Numbered from the stretch's first letter, positions 1-9,602 are shown. The stretch is DNA of 18,193 nt from Calditrichaceae bacterium (GCA_050173015.1 JBFXLE010000043.1:1-18193), one strand, 5' to 3'. Notes: generated by a model not told the origin, from the sequence alone. Program-made: numbers and translations.

Positions 1-140
1 TCTCCTTTTCGGGATCAATGCCCCATGCTAATGATACAGCCTTAAGCCTTTTTCCACTCTACCCAGATAGTTAATAATCTGAGCGGTGAATTTCAACCGA
101 CTATATATTCATGTCGTCTCCTTTTTGGTCCATAATTATT

Positions 141-268
141 GCTAACGACTCGCATAGGAAGCCTTACGAATAAATAGTTGAAACTTAATTAAAATATATA
201 ACGATGAAAGACAAAAAGTAATTTCAAAAATTGCATAGACTTAGCAATGATTTTTTCTCGTTGTTAGC
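141..268 (-). mobile_element. attC-like recombination site (integron cassette type), degenerate
   Basis: Complementary core boxes GCTAAC (141-146) and GTTAGC (263-268) bound 128 bp. On the minus strand it reads ...GCGCTAACAACG...GAGTCGTTAGCAAT, followed by an AGGAG RBS and ATG at 112, which is typical cassette layout. The internal L-box pairing was not verified. Confidence 0.35.
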
Positions 269-547
269 GCGCGTATTTGAATTAAGTACCAAATTGACAA
301 CAGAGAATATAGAAAATTAATTTCTCAATATTTTAGTAAACATGATTGGCCTTATGAAACAAGCCATATATACCTAAAAACCTATAAGCACAAGAAAAAA
401 CAATTATCGGGATTCAAACACACGGCTCCGGATTGCTTATTGGTAAGTTAACTAAAATTTCATGGTATTAAATTTGTCCTAAAAATCCAAAAGGCTCTGA
501 GGCAGAACACAAGATATTACACAAAACAACTCAACTTACATTCTTTT

Positions 548-580
548 GATACTCCGTCTGTTTGCGGTGGGGTAGTTCAT
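548..580 (-). repeat. Imperfect palindrome resembling an IS200/IS605-type end or small MITE remnant
   Basis: Minus strand reads ATGAACTACCCCACCGCAAACAGACGGAGTATC, with partly complementary arms (TACCCC...GGAGTA). The resemblance is from pattern memory only. Confidence 0.2.
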
Positions 581-607
581 TTTCTATGTCTGTTTTTCTT
601 TTATAAA

Positions 608-707
608 TAAAACCCAATTAAAAATATGACGGTCTTTCCAAATAAGCGCAAACCTCTGGAAAAGCTCTTATTAGCTATGTTTTATACACGAGGTTGCGCG
701 CCGGTAT
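608..707 (-). mobile_element. Partial attC-like element downstream of abgT
   Basis: Minus strand reads ATACCGGCGCGCAACCTCGTGTATAAAACATAGC..., with an AAC-ending R''-like box about 70 bp after the abgT stop. There is an internal inverted repeat GCGCAAACCTC (646-656) / GAGGTTGCGC (690-699). No matching GTT box is evident, so it is probably truncated. Confidence 0.25.
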
Positions 708-771
708 TTTTTATTCGTATTATTCCTCATAAAAAAATTTTGAATTATCTTAATAATCAAATTAAATCAAT

Positions 772-2280
772 CTAATTGCTATAGTACAAACCAGCCTCAG
801 GCCCAAGTGGTAAACCAAGCAGAATCCAGCCAATCATCAGCAAAGTCCATACAATAAAGAAGGAAATAGAATAGGGCAGCATCGTCGCTATAAGTGAGCC
901 AATGCCCGATTCTGAATCATATTTTTCAAAGTAAACAATAATCAGGGCAAAAAAGCTCATCATTGGAGATATTAGATTGGTGACACTATCGCCTATTCGA
1001 TAAACGGCCTGTGATAATTCGGGAGAATAACCCAACAACATAAACATAGGAATAAATACCGGAGCCATAATAGCCCATTTAGCCGACGCGCTTCCCATAA
1101 ACATATTAATTATACCGGAGATAATTATAAACAAAATGACCAGGGGAATGAGTCCGAGTTCCACGCTTTGAAGGAATGCGGCTCCTTTCACGGCTACCAT
1201 AATGCCGAGGTTGCTCCACTTGAACCAGGCAACAAACTGTGATGCAAAAAAGACTAAAACCAAAAAAGAAATCAACCCTTTAAAACTGCTGTTCATTCCA
1301 CTTATGACATCTTTATGATTATTGAAAGTGCCACTCGCGTATCCGTAAACAATTCCGCAAGTTCCCGCGATAATAAATAAAACAGCAATAAATCCCTTAA
1401 GTACAGGTGAATGAAGTATAGAATTATCATCGGCTCGCAGGATTCCATTTTCGGGAATAAGAGTTGCTGAAATCAGAATCATGAAGAAAAGAAAAACAAT
1501 ACCTGTCCATATCAGCCCTTTTCTTTCTTTGGGAGTTAGAGCAGTAATTTCTTCTTTTTCGATGTTACCGGTGTATTTACCCAGACGCGGCTCAACTATG
1601 GTATGAGTTACCCATGTTCCTGTAATAGCAATGGCAAAGGTTGATGCCACCATAAAGTAATAATTAGCTGTAGGCATGACATAATAACCCGGATCTACAA
1701 TCTTTGAAGCCTCTGTTGATAAACCGGCAAGTAGGGGATCTATCGTTCCGATTAATAAATTTGCGCTGAATCCGCCGCTAACACCCGCGAAAGCTGCTGC
1801 CATGCCCGCGATAGGATGTCTTCCCAAAGAATGAAAAATAACTCCTGCTAAGGGAATAATCAGAATATATCCCAAATCTGAAGCAATGTTGGAGAGAATT
1901 CCTGTGAGTACAATAAAAAAAGTAATTGAATTTTTAGGCGCCTTAACAAGTAATAGATTTATGGAAGATCTTATAAGTCCGCTACTTTCGGCGATACCTA
2001 TTCCCAGCATCGCGACCATAACGATACCCAAAGGCGCGAAACTTGTGTAACTGTCAACCATTTCAAGCAATATCCTGTGAAGACCATCTCTTGAAATCAA
2101 GTTAATTATTCTAACGGTCTCTCCGTTACCCGGATTAACGCCTTCCCATTGTAAATAGTAACCTATCGAGGATACCAGTAAAGTTATTAGTCCGAATATC
2201 GCGAATAAAGCGGCGGGATGAGGCAGAGCATTGCCAACTTTTTCAACCGCGCCAAGGATATTAATTTTTCTCATATTCAT
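772..2280 (-). CDS. abgT: AbgT family transporter (p-aminobenzoyl-glutamate transporter / MtrF-YdaH family)
   Basis: 502-aa hydrophobic protein with the family signatures VEKVGNALPHP, FAPLG..LVAMLGIGIAE, GRHPIAG.AAAFAGVSGGFSAN, NYYFM.AST, SASAKWA and YRIGDS.TN.ISP. Confidence 0.93.
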   Translation of the reverse strand: MNMRKINILGAVEKVGNALPHPAALFAIFGLITLLVSSIGYYLQWEGVNPGNGETVRIINLISRDGLHRILLEMVDSYTSFAPLGIVMVAMLGIGIAESSGLIRSSINLLLVKAPKNSITFFIVLTGILSNIASDLGYILIIPLAGVIFHSLGRHPIAGMAAAFAGVSGGFSANLLIGTIDPLLAGLSTEASKIVDPGYYVMPTANYYFMVASTFAIAITGTWVTHTIVEPRLGKYTGNIEKEEITALTPKERKGLIWTGIVFLFFMILISATLIPENGILRADDNSILHSPVLKGFIAVLFIIAGTCGIVYGYASGTFNNHKDVISGMNSSFKGLISFLVLVFFASQFVAWFKWSNLGIMVAVKGAAFLQSVELGLIPLVILFIIISGIINMFMGSASAKWAIMAPVFIPMFMLLGYSPELSQAVYRIGDSVTNLISPMMSFFALIIVYFEKYDSESGIGSLIATMLPYSISFFIVWTLLMIGWILLGLPLGPEAGLYYSN

Positions 2281-2553
2281 AAATTTTCTATTTTAAATTT
2301 CTCGTTTCTATAAATACACATAAGCTAAAAATTTTTGAGTAAAGCAGGCAGTGCCATAATTATTAAAGATATCAGAATTATATTTTATTTCATTGCTTTA
2401 CTTTTTATGCGCCTCAATTTATCATTTCGCGGACCATCTTTTTTTCGCGCGTCAAGTACAACGGTTACGTATGAGTTACTGTTCTTATCTGCCCAAATTA
2501 GCGGAATAAGCACAATTGTCTATATATTTCTTTATGCAATGAACGAATCCCTT

Positions 2554-2703
2554 TCAAAAAAAATCATCAACAGGACTCTTGATTGTATCAATTGGTTTTT
2601 TGATACGCGCGTATAATTCAGAATTATTGGAACTGTTATGACCGGCTAACTCTTGAATATACCTTAAATCAGTATCTTGTTCAAGCAAGTGTTGTTCTGC
2701 CAT
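2554..2703 (-). pseudogene. C-terminal remnant of a tyrosine recombinase (integron-integrase/XerD-like)
   Basis: Manual translation gives MAEQHLLEQDTDLRYIQELAGHNSSNNSELYARIKKPIDTIKSPVDDFF*. This matches box II of tyrosine recombinases (HLLE.G.DLR.IQELLGH....T.IY) and the IKSPLD-type tail of integron integrases. The HxxR motif and the whole N-terminus are missing. Confidence 0.75.
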
Positions 2704-2822
2704 TCTCCCCAGTGCGGTCTATTTTGATAAGCAGTCGGATTTTCCATCAATTGCCCGAAAATATATTTTAATTGGCTTTAGCCTAATTTGGTTTCTCTTT
2801 ATCCCCTGATCTAAAGATAGGG

Positions 2823-2891
2823 CTATGACTCCCCATTAAACGCTTCCCGTAAAACCGCCTGCATCAATTGCTCTACCTGCACCCGGGAAGC
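2823..2891 (-). pseudogene. Short remnant resembling the C-terminus of a type I restriction-modification specificity subunit (HsdS)
   Basis: Manual translation gives ASRVQVEQLMQAVLREAFNGES*, resembling the conserved HsdS terminal helix (L.QAVL.EAF.G). It is only 22 aa and abuts the REP-like element upstream. Confidence 0.45.
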
Positions 2892-2897
2892 CCAATC

Positions 2898-3008
2898 CCG
2901 GAGGGATGAAATTTTTGTAGAAAAACAGACACCTCGCCATTCCGCGACCCCGTAGGGGTCGAACTATTACCGCGGAATTCCTCCGCTACAAAGATGTGAC
3001 ACCTCCGG
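2898..3008. repeat. REP/REPIN- or MITE-like nested palindromic element
   Basis: 23-bp imperfect terminal inverted repeats (2898-2920 CCGGAGGGATGAAATTTTTGTAG / 2986-3008 CTACAAAGATGTGACACCTCCGG, 18/23 matches). Internal perfect hairpin CGACCCC-GTA-GGGGTCG (2945-2961) and an additional IR ATTCCGCG (2939-2946) / CGCGGAAT (2971-2978). Confidence 0.65.
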
Positions 3009-3132
3009 CGCCGGCTTTATATTAAAGCAAATCACATTTACATAAAATTCAACTTTATCGGCATGAATATTTCTCTTTCCCGTGATTAATTGCTCTTGTC
3101 CCGTTACTTTTTAACCCGTCCCGTCAGCTTTT

Positions 3133-3472
3133 AGAGCTCCCCTCCGGAGTGTGACCTTCCCCTCCGCCGTTTTACCCCTTCCCTCCACAAAATCAAGGCT
3201 CCCCTCCGGAGGGTGACCTTCCCCTCCGCCGTTTTACCCCTTCCCTCCACAAAATCAAGGCTCCCCTCCGGAGGGTGACCTTCCCCTCCGCTGTTTTACC
3301 CCTTCCCTCCACAAAATCAGAGCTCCCCTCCGGAGTGTGACCTTCCCCTCCGCTGTTTTACCCCTTCCCTCCACAAAATCAAGGCTCCCCTCCGGAGGGT
3401 GACCTTCCCCTCCGCTGTTTTACCCCTTCCCTCCACAAAAACAGGGCTCCCCTCCGGAGAGTGACCTTCCCC
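3133..3472. repeat. 62-bp tandem repeat, about 5.5 near-identical copies
   Basis: Units start at 3133, 3195, 3257, 3319, 3381 and 3443 (partial). Consensus AAGGCTCCCCTCCGGAGGGTGACCTTCCCCTCCGCYGTTTTACCCCTTCCCTCCACAAAATC. There are no unique spacers. Confidence 0.95.
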
Positions 3473-3584
3473 GGCGCGTTATAACCCGTCACGGACCGAT
3501 TTTTACCGGAAATATTATTGTTTATTTAATTGATCAAAAACAAGTTGGATAAAGAGATGGGAAGAAATCCGTACCGCTGATAAA

Positions 3585-6275
3585 TTATTCCCCTACCTTT
3601 AGTATTTTTTTTATAAACCGCGCTAATTCGGACGGAGAAAAAGGTTTTTGTATAAAATTTGAATTTTCGGCCATCCGGTTCCCGTCTTCGTGATTGTCTA
3701 AATCCCGGTGTCCGGACATATAAATGACCGTGATACCGGGTCGGTCGGTTTTTATTTTTCGCGCCATCTCGGTACCGTACATTTTTGGCATCACAATATC
3801 CGTGAGGATTAAATCAATATCCCCCTGATGTTCCCTCGTGATTGCCAATCCATCGGTGCCGTCCGCGGCTTCGATCACATTGTAACCGTATGTCCGCAGA
3901 GTTTCTCCCACCAGTGTCCTGACGGCATCTTCATCTTCCACTACCAAAACGGTTTCACTGCCCGTTAAATCATTCTCATCAATGGCCGGGGATTCTTCAA
4001 CGACTAAAGTTCCGCTTTCAGCGGGAAAATAGATACTAAATGAAGTTCCTTTACCGGGCTCGGTCTCCACAAATATATGACCGTTACTTTGGCGAACGAT
4101 TCCGTAAACTGTTGACAACCCCAGGCCCGTTCCTTTGCTTTTATCTTTTGTACTAAAAAATGGCTCAAATATTTTTTCTTTTACCTTGCTGTCCATACCG
4201 ATACCCGAATCCGTTACCCGCATCATCACATATGGCCCGCTATCCATATCCGAAGCAGTCGTCCGGGTATTCTGATCAACGCAATGGTTCGCTGTTTCAA
4301 TAATTAATTCACCACCCTTTGGCATAGCGTCCCGGGCATTTACCGCCAGGTTCATAATGATCTGTTCAATTTGGGAAGGATCCGCCTTTATCGGTTTTAA
4401 TTCATCTTCTAAATTTGAAATGAGTTTCACATCCTCCCCGATCAGTCGATGAAGCATTTTCCCCATATCGCTGATCAAATTATTCAAATCAACAACCTTA
4501 GGCTGCAAAATCTGTCTGCGGCTAAAAGCGAGCAATTGCTGTGTCAGCGCCTGCGCCCTGTTGGCCGATTCTATAATGACTCTGAGATTATCAGATGAAT
4601 ACTCATCGTCTGATAAACGTCGAAGCAATAGTTCGCCATATCCAAGAATTACGGTAAGCATATTATTAAAATCATGGGCGACCCCACCCGCCAACTGACC
4701 GATGGCCTCCATTTTCTGGGACTGTCTCAACTGCTCTTCAAGCTGATTTCTTAAACTGATATCCAATCCCACGGCGAGTACGGCAAATGTATTTCCATTT
4801 TCATCCCTCATCAATGAATTTTGCCAGGATATCAATTTTTTTAGTCCTGATTTGCAGACGATCAGATTTTCATTCATTTTAAGACCGGTCGTTCCGTGAT
4901 AGAACTGATGATAGAATTTTATGAGATCTTCCCTGATTTCATCCGGAACGAATAAATCAAACCAGTTTTTACCCAATACATCTACCCTGGAGTAGCCTGT
5001 CAGATCGGCGGCGTATTTATTGAACTCAAGAATCGTTCCTTGTTCATCAAGCGTGATGATCAGTTCAGGGGCTGTTTGAATAATATTTTCATTAAATCTT
5101 TTTTCCTTCCTGAATTTCTCATCGGCATCTTTCATCCTTGTTATATCGATCCCCACCAGAACAGCCGCTTGATTCTGATTATATTTCTGCGCGACCATCA
5201 GCATATCCCGGTATCCGTCGTGTATGCTTGTTCTTACTTCTCTCGCAATCTGAACGGCGTTACTCCTAAAAAATTCTTTAACGAACCGGACAAAAACGGG
5301 ACTTTTACCCATAAAACCGACTTCTTTGCCGATAATTTCATCGGGGCGAATATTCAATCCTTCCCAAAGATATCGATTAACACCCAAATATTTTAAATCC
5401 GAACTGATCCAGGAAACACCCCCCGGAACCGCGTCTAATACGGCCTGTATCTGATCACGGGTATGCCTCAGATCCCGCTCCGCAATAACCCGGTCGGTTA
5501 CATCCTCCGCCAGACTCAAAATCCCGTCAGCGCCCCCGGGAAGCGGCACTTTGGTCTCATGCAATTCCATATAACAAACAGTGCCGTCATGCCTGATGCT
5601 CTTTTCCGAATGTTTCAGCAGTTCCCCGGATAACAGCCGCGCGATATTTTTTTCAACTAAATGCACCACATCCGGATGGGTGAGCATTTGTACTTTTTTC
5701 CCTACCAGCTCATCTCTGCTGTATCCAAGGGATTGGCAGACCGCCGGATTCGCGTCTATGATATACCCGTCTTTATCCTCCAGAAGAATGCCGCTCGGTG
5801 AAAGATCGAACAGGATATGATATCGTTCTTCTTTGTCACTCAGGAACTTCTCAGAAGCGTTTTTCAGCTTAAAAATATATCCGGTCAGCCTGTTTTCCGC
5901 GTTTCTGACCGGCAAAATTTTTACTCTTACTTCAGCACCCTTCCTGCCTTTTTTATCAAAACCGATATATACGGCTACTCCTTCCGGTAGTCCTGAAGTA
6001 TTGATATTTTCCAAATATCCGGTTAAGGAGGTTGATGAGTTCACCGCGGTTTTTAATCTCATAACCTTGTCCAGATGAAGACCGGTTAAATTTTCATCCG
6101 TCGATAGTATCATTTCTTTAGCGGCTTTGTTGATGAAATTAATCATACCGTATTCATCAGTCGTAATGACGGGATCTTCCAGCGTGTTCAACGCGTCAGC
6201 AAAGAAATCCATAGGCCTGTCCTGGCTCATATTCTTTTTTTTGATTTTCCGTAAATTTTCAATATTCTTTTTCAA
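3585..6275 (-). CDS. Cytoplasmic multi-PAS hybrid sensor histidine kinase/receiver (CckA-like architecture)
   Basis: About 4 PAS/PAC repeats, H-box QSQKMEAIGQLAGGVAHDFNNML, N-box NLAVNARDAM, G boxes DSGIGMD / FEPFFSTK / GTGLGL, and a C-terminal receiver (VVEDE, LILTD, QKPF). The TTG start at 6275 is uncertain; ATG at 6230 or 6212 are alternatives. Confidence 0.93.
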   Translation of the reverse strand: MKKNIENLRKIKKKNMSQDRPMDFFADALNTLEDPVITTDEYGMINFINKAAKEMILSTDENLTGLHLDKVMRLKTAVNSSTSLTGYLENINTSGLPEGVAVYIGFDKKGRKGAEVRVKILPVRNAENRLTGYIFKLKNASEKFLSDKEERYHILFDLSPSGILLEDKDGYIIDANPAVCQSLGYSRDELVGKKVQMLTHPDVVHLVEKNIARLLSGELLKHSEKSIRHDGTVCYMELHETKVPLPGGADGILSLAEDVTDRVIAERDLRHTRDQIQAVLDAVPGGVSWISSDLKYLGVNRYLWEGLNIRPDEIIGKEVGFMGKSPVFVRFVKEFFRSNAVQIAREVRTSIHDGYRDMLMVAQKYNQNQAAVLVGIDITRMKDADEKFRKEKRFNENIIQTAPELIITLDEQGTILEFNKYAADLTGYSRVDVLGKNWFDLFVPDEIREDLIKFYHQFYHGTTGLKMNENLIVCKSGLKKLISWQNSLMRDENGNTFAVLAVGLDISLRNQLEEQLRQSQKMEAIGQLAGGVAHDFNNMLTVILGYGELLLRRLSDDEYSSDNLRVIIESANRAQALTQQLLAFSRRQILQPKVVDLNNLISDMGKMLHRLIGEDVKLISNLEDELKPIKADPSQIEQIIMNLAVNARDAMPKGGELIIETANHCVDQNTRTTASDMDSGPYVMMRVTDSGIGMDSKVKEKIFEPFFSTKDKSKGTGLGLSTVYGIVRQSNGHIFVETEPGKGTSFSIYFPAESGTLVVEESPAIDENDLTGSETVLVVEDEDAVRTLVGETLRTYGYNVIEAADGTDGLAITREHQGDIDLILTDIVMPKMYGTEMARKIKTDRPGITVIYMSGHRDLDNHEDGNRMAENSNFIQKPFSPSELARFIKKILKVGE

Positions 6276-6557
6276 ATTAACATAATCCGATTCTTTTTGC
6301 CTATCAGATTAACATCAATGACCGAAAGATGGGTCTGAGTAAAAATCTCCTCAGCCAAACCGGCATATACATTCCTAACATATTAAAAGGTTAGATCACC
6401 AGAGAATATATGAATTTCAATCACCGGATACATAATCGATATCACAAAAAACAACTTTATTCTATGTCACACAAATCCCGGGGGAATCTTTTACGCGTTA
6501 AAAGATGAAAGATTTGCAGGTTACCTGTCGGGGATGGCAGGTCAATTAAATGAAACT

Positions 6558-9509
6558 TCAATGATCCAGGACGTCCCGGACTTTTTTGGCGAGCGCGTTG
6601 AATGAATAGGGTTTGTGAATAAAATTGATCCCTTTTTGCAGCACTCCGCTGCTAACAATCCGGTCATCCGTATAGCCCGAGGTGAATAACACTTTGATTT
6701 CCGGAATAATTTTCTTCAGGGCTTCCACCAGATCTTTGCCGCCCATTTCCGGCATAATCACATCGGTCATGATCAGATCAATTTTAATCTTCTTGCTTTT
6801 CACAAGTTTAAGGGCTTCCATGCCGTTGGATGCTTCAAGAATTTTGTATCCGAATGACTCAAGAGCAAAGCAGGCGATCTTTCTTACATCAAGATCATCT
6901 TCAACGACCAATACTGTTTCATTTCCCGTTCCCATTTCCCGTTCCTCTTCCTGTTCATATAACTGAATATCCTTTTCATCAGATTGCGGCCAGTAAATAT
7001 TGAATATGGATCCTACTCCCAGTTCTGTTTCAACAAAAATACATCCGTTATTCTGCTTTACGATTCCATAGACGGTCGCCAGACCCAAACCCGTGCCTCT
7101 CTCTTTTTCTTTTGTCGTAAAAAACGGCTCAAACATTTTTGCTTCCGTGTCCTTATCCATCCCTGTTCCATTATCTTTTACGGCCATTTTCACGTATGGT
7201 CCCAAATTACTCCCGATGTGAGCGGACACAAATTCTTCATCGAGATAAACCGGTTCGGTTTCGATGGTGATTTCTCTGAAAGATCCGTTTTTCGTTTTTT
7301 GGTTGATCGCGTCTCTTGCATTGATAACAAGATTTATAAGTATCTGCTCAATTTGAGCCGGATCGGCTTTAATCGGCTTTATCTGATCCGATAAATTGCT
7401 CTTCATCATTATATCTTCACCGATTAACCGATGAAGCATTTTTTCCAATTCCAAAATCACATGGTTGATATTGATAATGCGCGGTTCAATGATCTGTTTA
7501 CGGCTGAACGCGAGAAGCTGACGCGTGAGACTGCTTGATTTTTTTCCCGCCTTCATAATGCCGATAACTTTTCCGTAAAACGGATTGTCCGCTTCCATTT
7601 GGGTAATCATCAGCTCCGCATACCCGTTTATCGCCGTCATAATATTGTTGAAATCATGAGCGATGCTTCCGGTGAGCAATCCTATGGATTCCATTTTCTG
7701 TGACTGGAACAATTGCTGTTCAAGTTTCCGCTCGTTGGTGATATCTCTCTTTACGGCGGCATAGTTCATGGTTTTTCCGGTTGTGTTTTTTATGGGAAAA
7801 ATGACTGCTGTTTCATAAAAAACCGATCCGTCTTTCCGCTTATTGGCAAAAGTTCCTGTCCAGGTTTTATCAGCGATTAATGTATTCCATAAATTCTTAT
7901 AAAATTCGTCCGGGTGCTCTCCGCTTTTCAGGATACGCGGATTCTTCCCCATGACTTCCACAAATGAGTAACCCGTTACTTTTTCAAATGTCGGATTCAC
8001 ATATTCGATCTTACCGGTTATATCCGTGATAATAATCGATTCACTGGCCTGTTCAACAACGGATGCCAGTATTGATAGCTGTTCATCGACACGCCGGTCC
8101 TGAGTGATATCGCTTAAGATGGTCATAATACCCGAAATTTCACCGTTATTATCTCGAAGAGGCGCTGTGGAAACACGGATATCCAGAATTGTCCCGTCTT
8201 TTTTTCTTCTTTTTACCTCTAACCCGGAAATGGATTCTCCGGACATCACTCTTTGACGCAGCGCCACAAATTTTGGATCATCGGGATCCTGTCCCAGTGG
8301 ATTTTTTTTCCCGATCACTTCAGATTCCGTCCAGCCGAATATCCGTTCGGCGGCCGGATTCCATCGCCGGACATAACCGGATGAATCGATCGAAATGATC
8401 GCCAGTGGGGACGCGTCGAACAGTGCGTTCAGCGTCTGATTTGTTTCCTTTAATTTTGATTCAGTGATCTTTGTGAAAGTGATATTACGGGCAATTCCCT
8501 GTGTCCCTTTAAATCCTCTTTTTTCAGGATTTCTCGTCGTGTACAGTCCTTCCGCGTTGAGCAGAAAAACAGGATCAGGTCTCGGAAGCATTCGCTCCTT
8601 TTCCCCGCATCTTGAGAATAAGCGGACTTCAAAATCCTTTGTGCTTCTTTCGCCTGTACGTCGCTCTTTCACATGATAGAATGCCTTTTCCCGGTCATCC
8701 GGATGAACGAGCTCAAGAATACTCTTGCCAATCAGGTCATTTGAATCGTATCCGCAATATTTGACCGCATCATTGATAAAAATAATATTCCCTTCATGAT
8801 CCAGCCGGTAAATGATATCGGGTGTATTTTTAATGATGGCGTCAAGCATCTGTTTTGTGTTTTTTAATTCTGACTCCAACTCTTTTCTTATTGTAATGTC
8901 GTGAAAAATAGCGGAAAAAGTGGTCGGTCCCTGAGGAAGAACAGTGATGCTAAAATGTTTTCTTAAGTTAAATAAATAAGTTTCAAAATATGCCGGGGTT
9001 CCTGTCTCGGTAACCTCGGCATATTTTTCGACATAAGGGGCGTGTCCCAGTTTATACAGATTGGAGGCGGGTATTCCGATTATATCTTCTTTTCTTTGCC
9101 CAAAAACAGACTCATAGGCGGGATTGGTATCGATAACCGCGTAATCGATCGCTTTACCCGATTCGTCAACGATCAGTTCATAAAATGCCGCGCTGTCCGT
9201 GATCCGGTTGAACAGCAGCTCAAAATCCGCCCCGCTGCTCACCGTCTCTAAATCATTTTTCTTTTTACTTTTACTAACCGACCTGTAAATACGGGACAGA
9301 TCGGAGAGTTCCTTTGAGATATCGCATCCCGAGCCGGATTTTTCCAATTTTTCATACAGGGCTTTTAGCCCTGTCCCGGCTTTTTCGAGAATCCGGCTCA
9401 TGGAATTGTTTTCTTTTCTGAGCCGGTCAATTACCGAATTGGCTTCATCAAAGGTTTTTGGTGTAAAATCCATTTTGCCATAAGCCATGGAGCCCGCCTT
9501 CTTGGTCAT
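6558..9509 (-). CDS. Cytoplasmic multi-PAS hybrid sensor histidine kinase/receiver
   Basis: 4 PAS domains, H-box QSQKMESIGLLTGSIAHDFNNIM, HATPase motifs (NARDA, DNGTGMD, GTGLGL) and a receiver (VVEDD, IMTDVIMP, HKPYS). No transmembrane segment seen. The start could be ATG 9488. Confidence 0.93.
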   Translation of the reverse strand: MTKKAGSMAYGKMDFTPKTFDEANSVIDRLRKENNSMSRILEKAGTGLKALYEKLEKSGSGCDISKELSDLSRIYRSVSKSKKKNDLETVSSGADFELLFNRITDSAAFYELIVDESGKAIDYAVIDTNPAYESVFGQRKEDIIGIPASNLYKLGHAPYVEKYAEVTETGTPAYFETYLFNLRKHFSITVLPQGPTTFSAIFHDITIRKELESELKNTKQMLDAIIKNTPDIIYRLDHEGNIIFINDAVKYCGYDSNDLIGKSILELVHPDDREKAFYHVKERRTGERSTKDFEVRLFSRCGEKERMLPRPDPVFLLNAEGLYTTRNPEKRGFKGTQGIARNITFTKITESKLKETNQTLNALFDASPLAIISIDSSGYVRRWNPAAERIFGWTESEVIGKKNPLGQDPDDPKFVALRQRVMSGESISGLEVKRRKKDGTILDIRVSTAPLRDNNGEISGIMTILSDITQDRRVDEQLSILASVVEQASESIIITDITGKIEYVNPTFEKVTGYSFVEVMGKNPRILKSGEHPDEFYKNLWNTLIADKTWTGTFANKRKDGSVFYETAVIFPIKNTTGKTMNYAAVKRDITNERKLEQQLFQSQKMESIGLLTGSIAHDFNNIMTAINGYAELMITQMEADNPFYGKVIGIMKAGKKSSSLTRQLLAFSRKQIIEPRIININHVILELEKMLHRLIGEDIMMKSNLSDQIKPIKADPAQIEQILINLVINARDAINQKTKNGSFREITIETEPVYLDEEFVSAHIGSNLGPYVKMAVKDNGTGMDKDTEAKMFEPFFTTKEKERGTGLGLATVYGIVKQNNGCIFVETELGVGSIFNIYWPQSDEKDIQLYEQEEEREMGTGNETVLVVEDDLDVRKIACFALESFGYKILEASNGMEALKLVKSKKIKIDLIMTDVIMPEMGGKDLVEALKKIIPEIKVLFTSGYTDDRIVSSGVLQKGINFIHKPYSFNALAKKVRDVLDH

Positions 9510-9602
9510 TTAGATCTGTTCAGCAATCTCAGTGATTTAAATCGTCCTTCTGCGATGTGAACTCTTCAGTAATTTATCATCCGTTTAAATATCGCTTTAC
9601 TC

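Noticed and set aside
2340-2356. TGGCAC on the minus strand upstream of abgT as a sigma54 promoter
   Set aside because: The GG-to-GC spacing is 8 nt rather than the required 10.
2335-2616. 93-aa plus-strand ORF
   Set aside because: TTG start, no recognisable motif, and it overlaps the integrase remnant on the opposite strand.
3133-3472. CRISPR array
   Set aside because: Units are near-identical along their whole 62 bp, with no unique spacers, and there are no cas genes in the window.
6290-6360. Possible riboswitch (c-di-GMP-like GAAA/GCAAA motifs) between the two hybrid kinases
   Set aside because: I could not build the required paired stems in the sense orientation. An Rfam scan would be needed.
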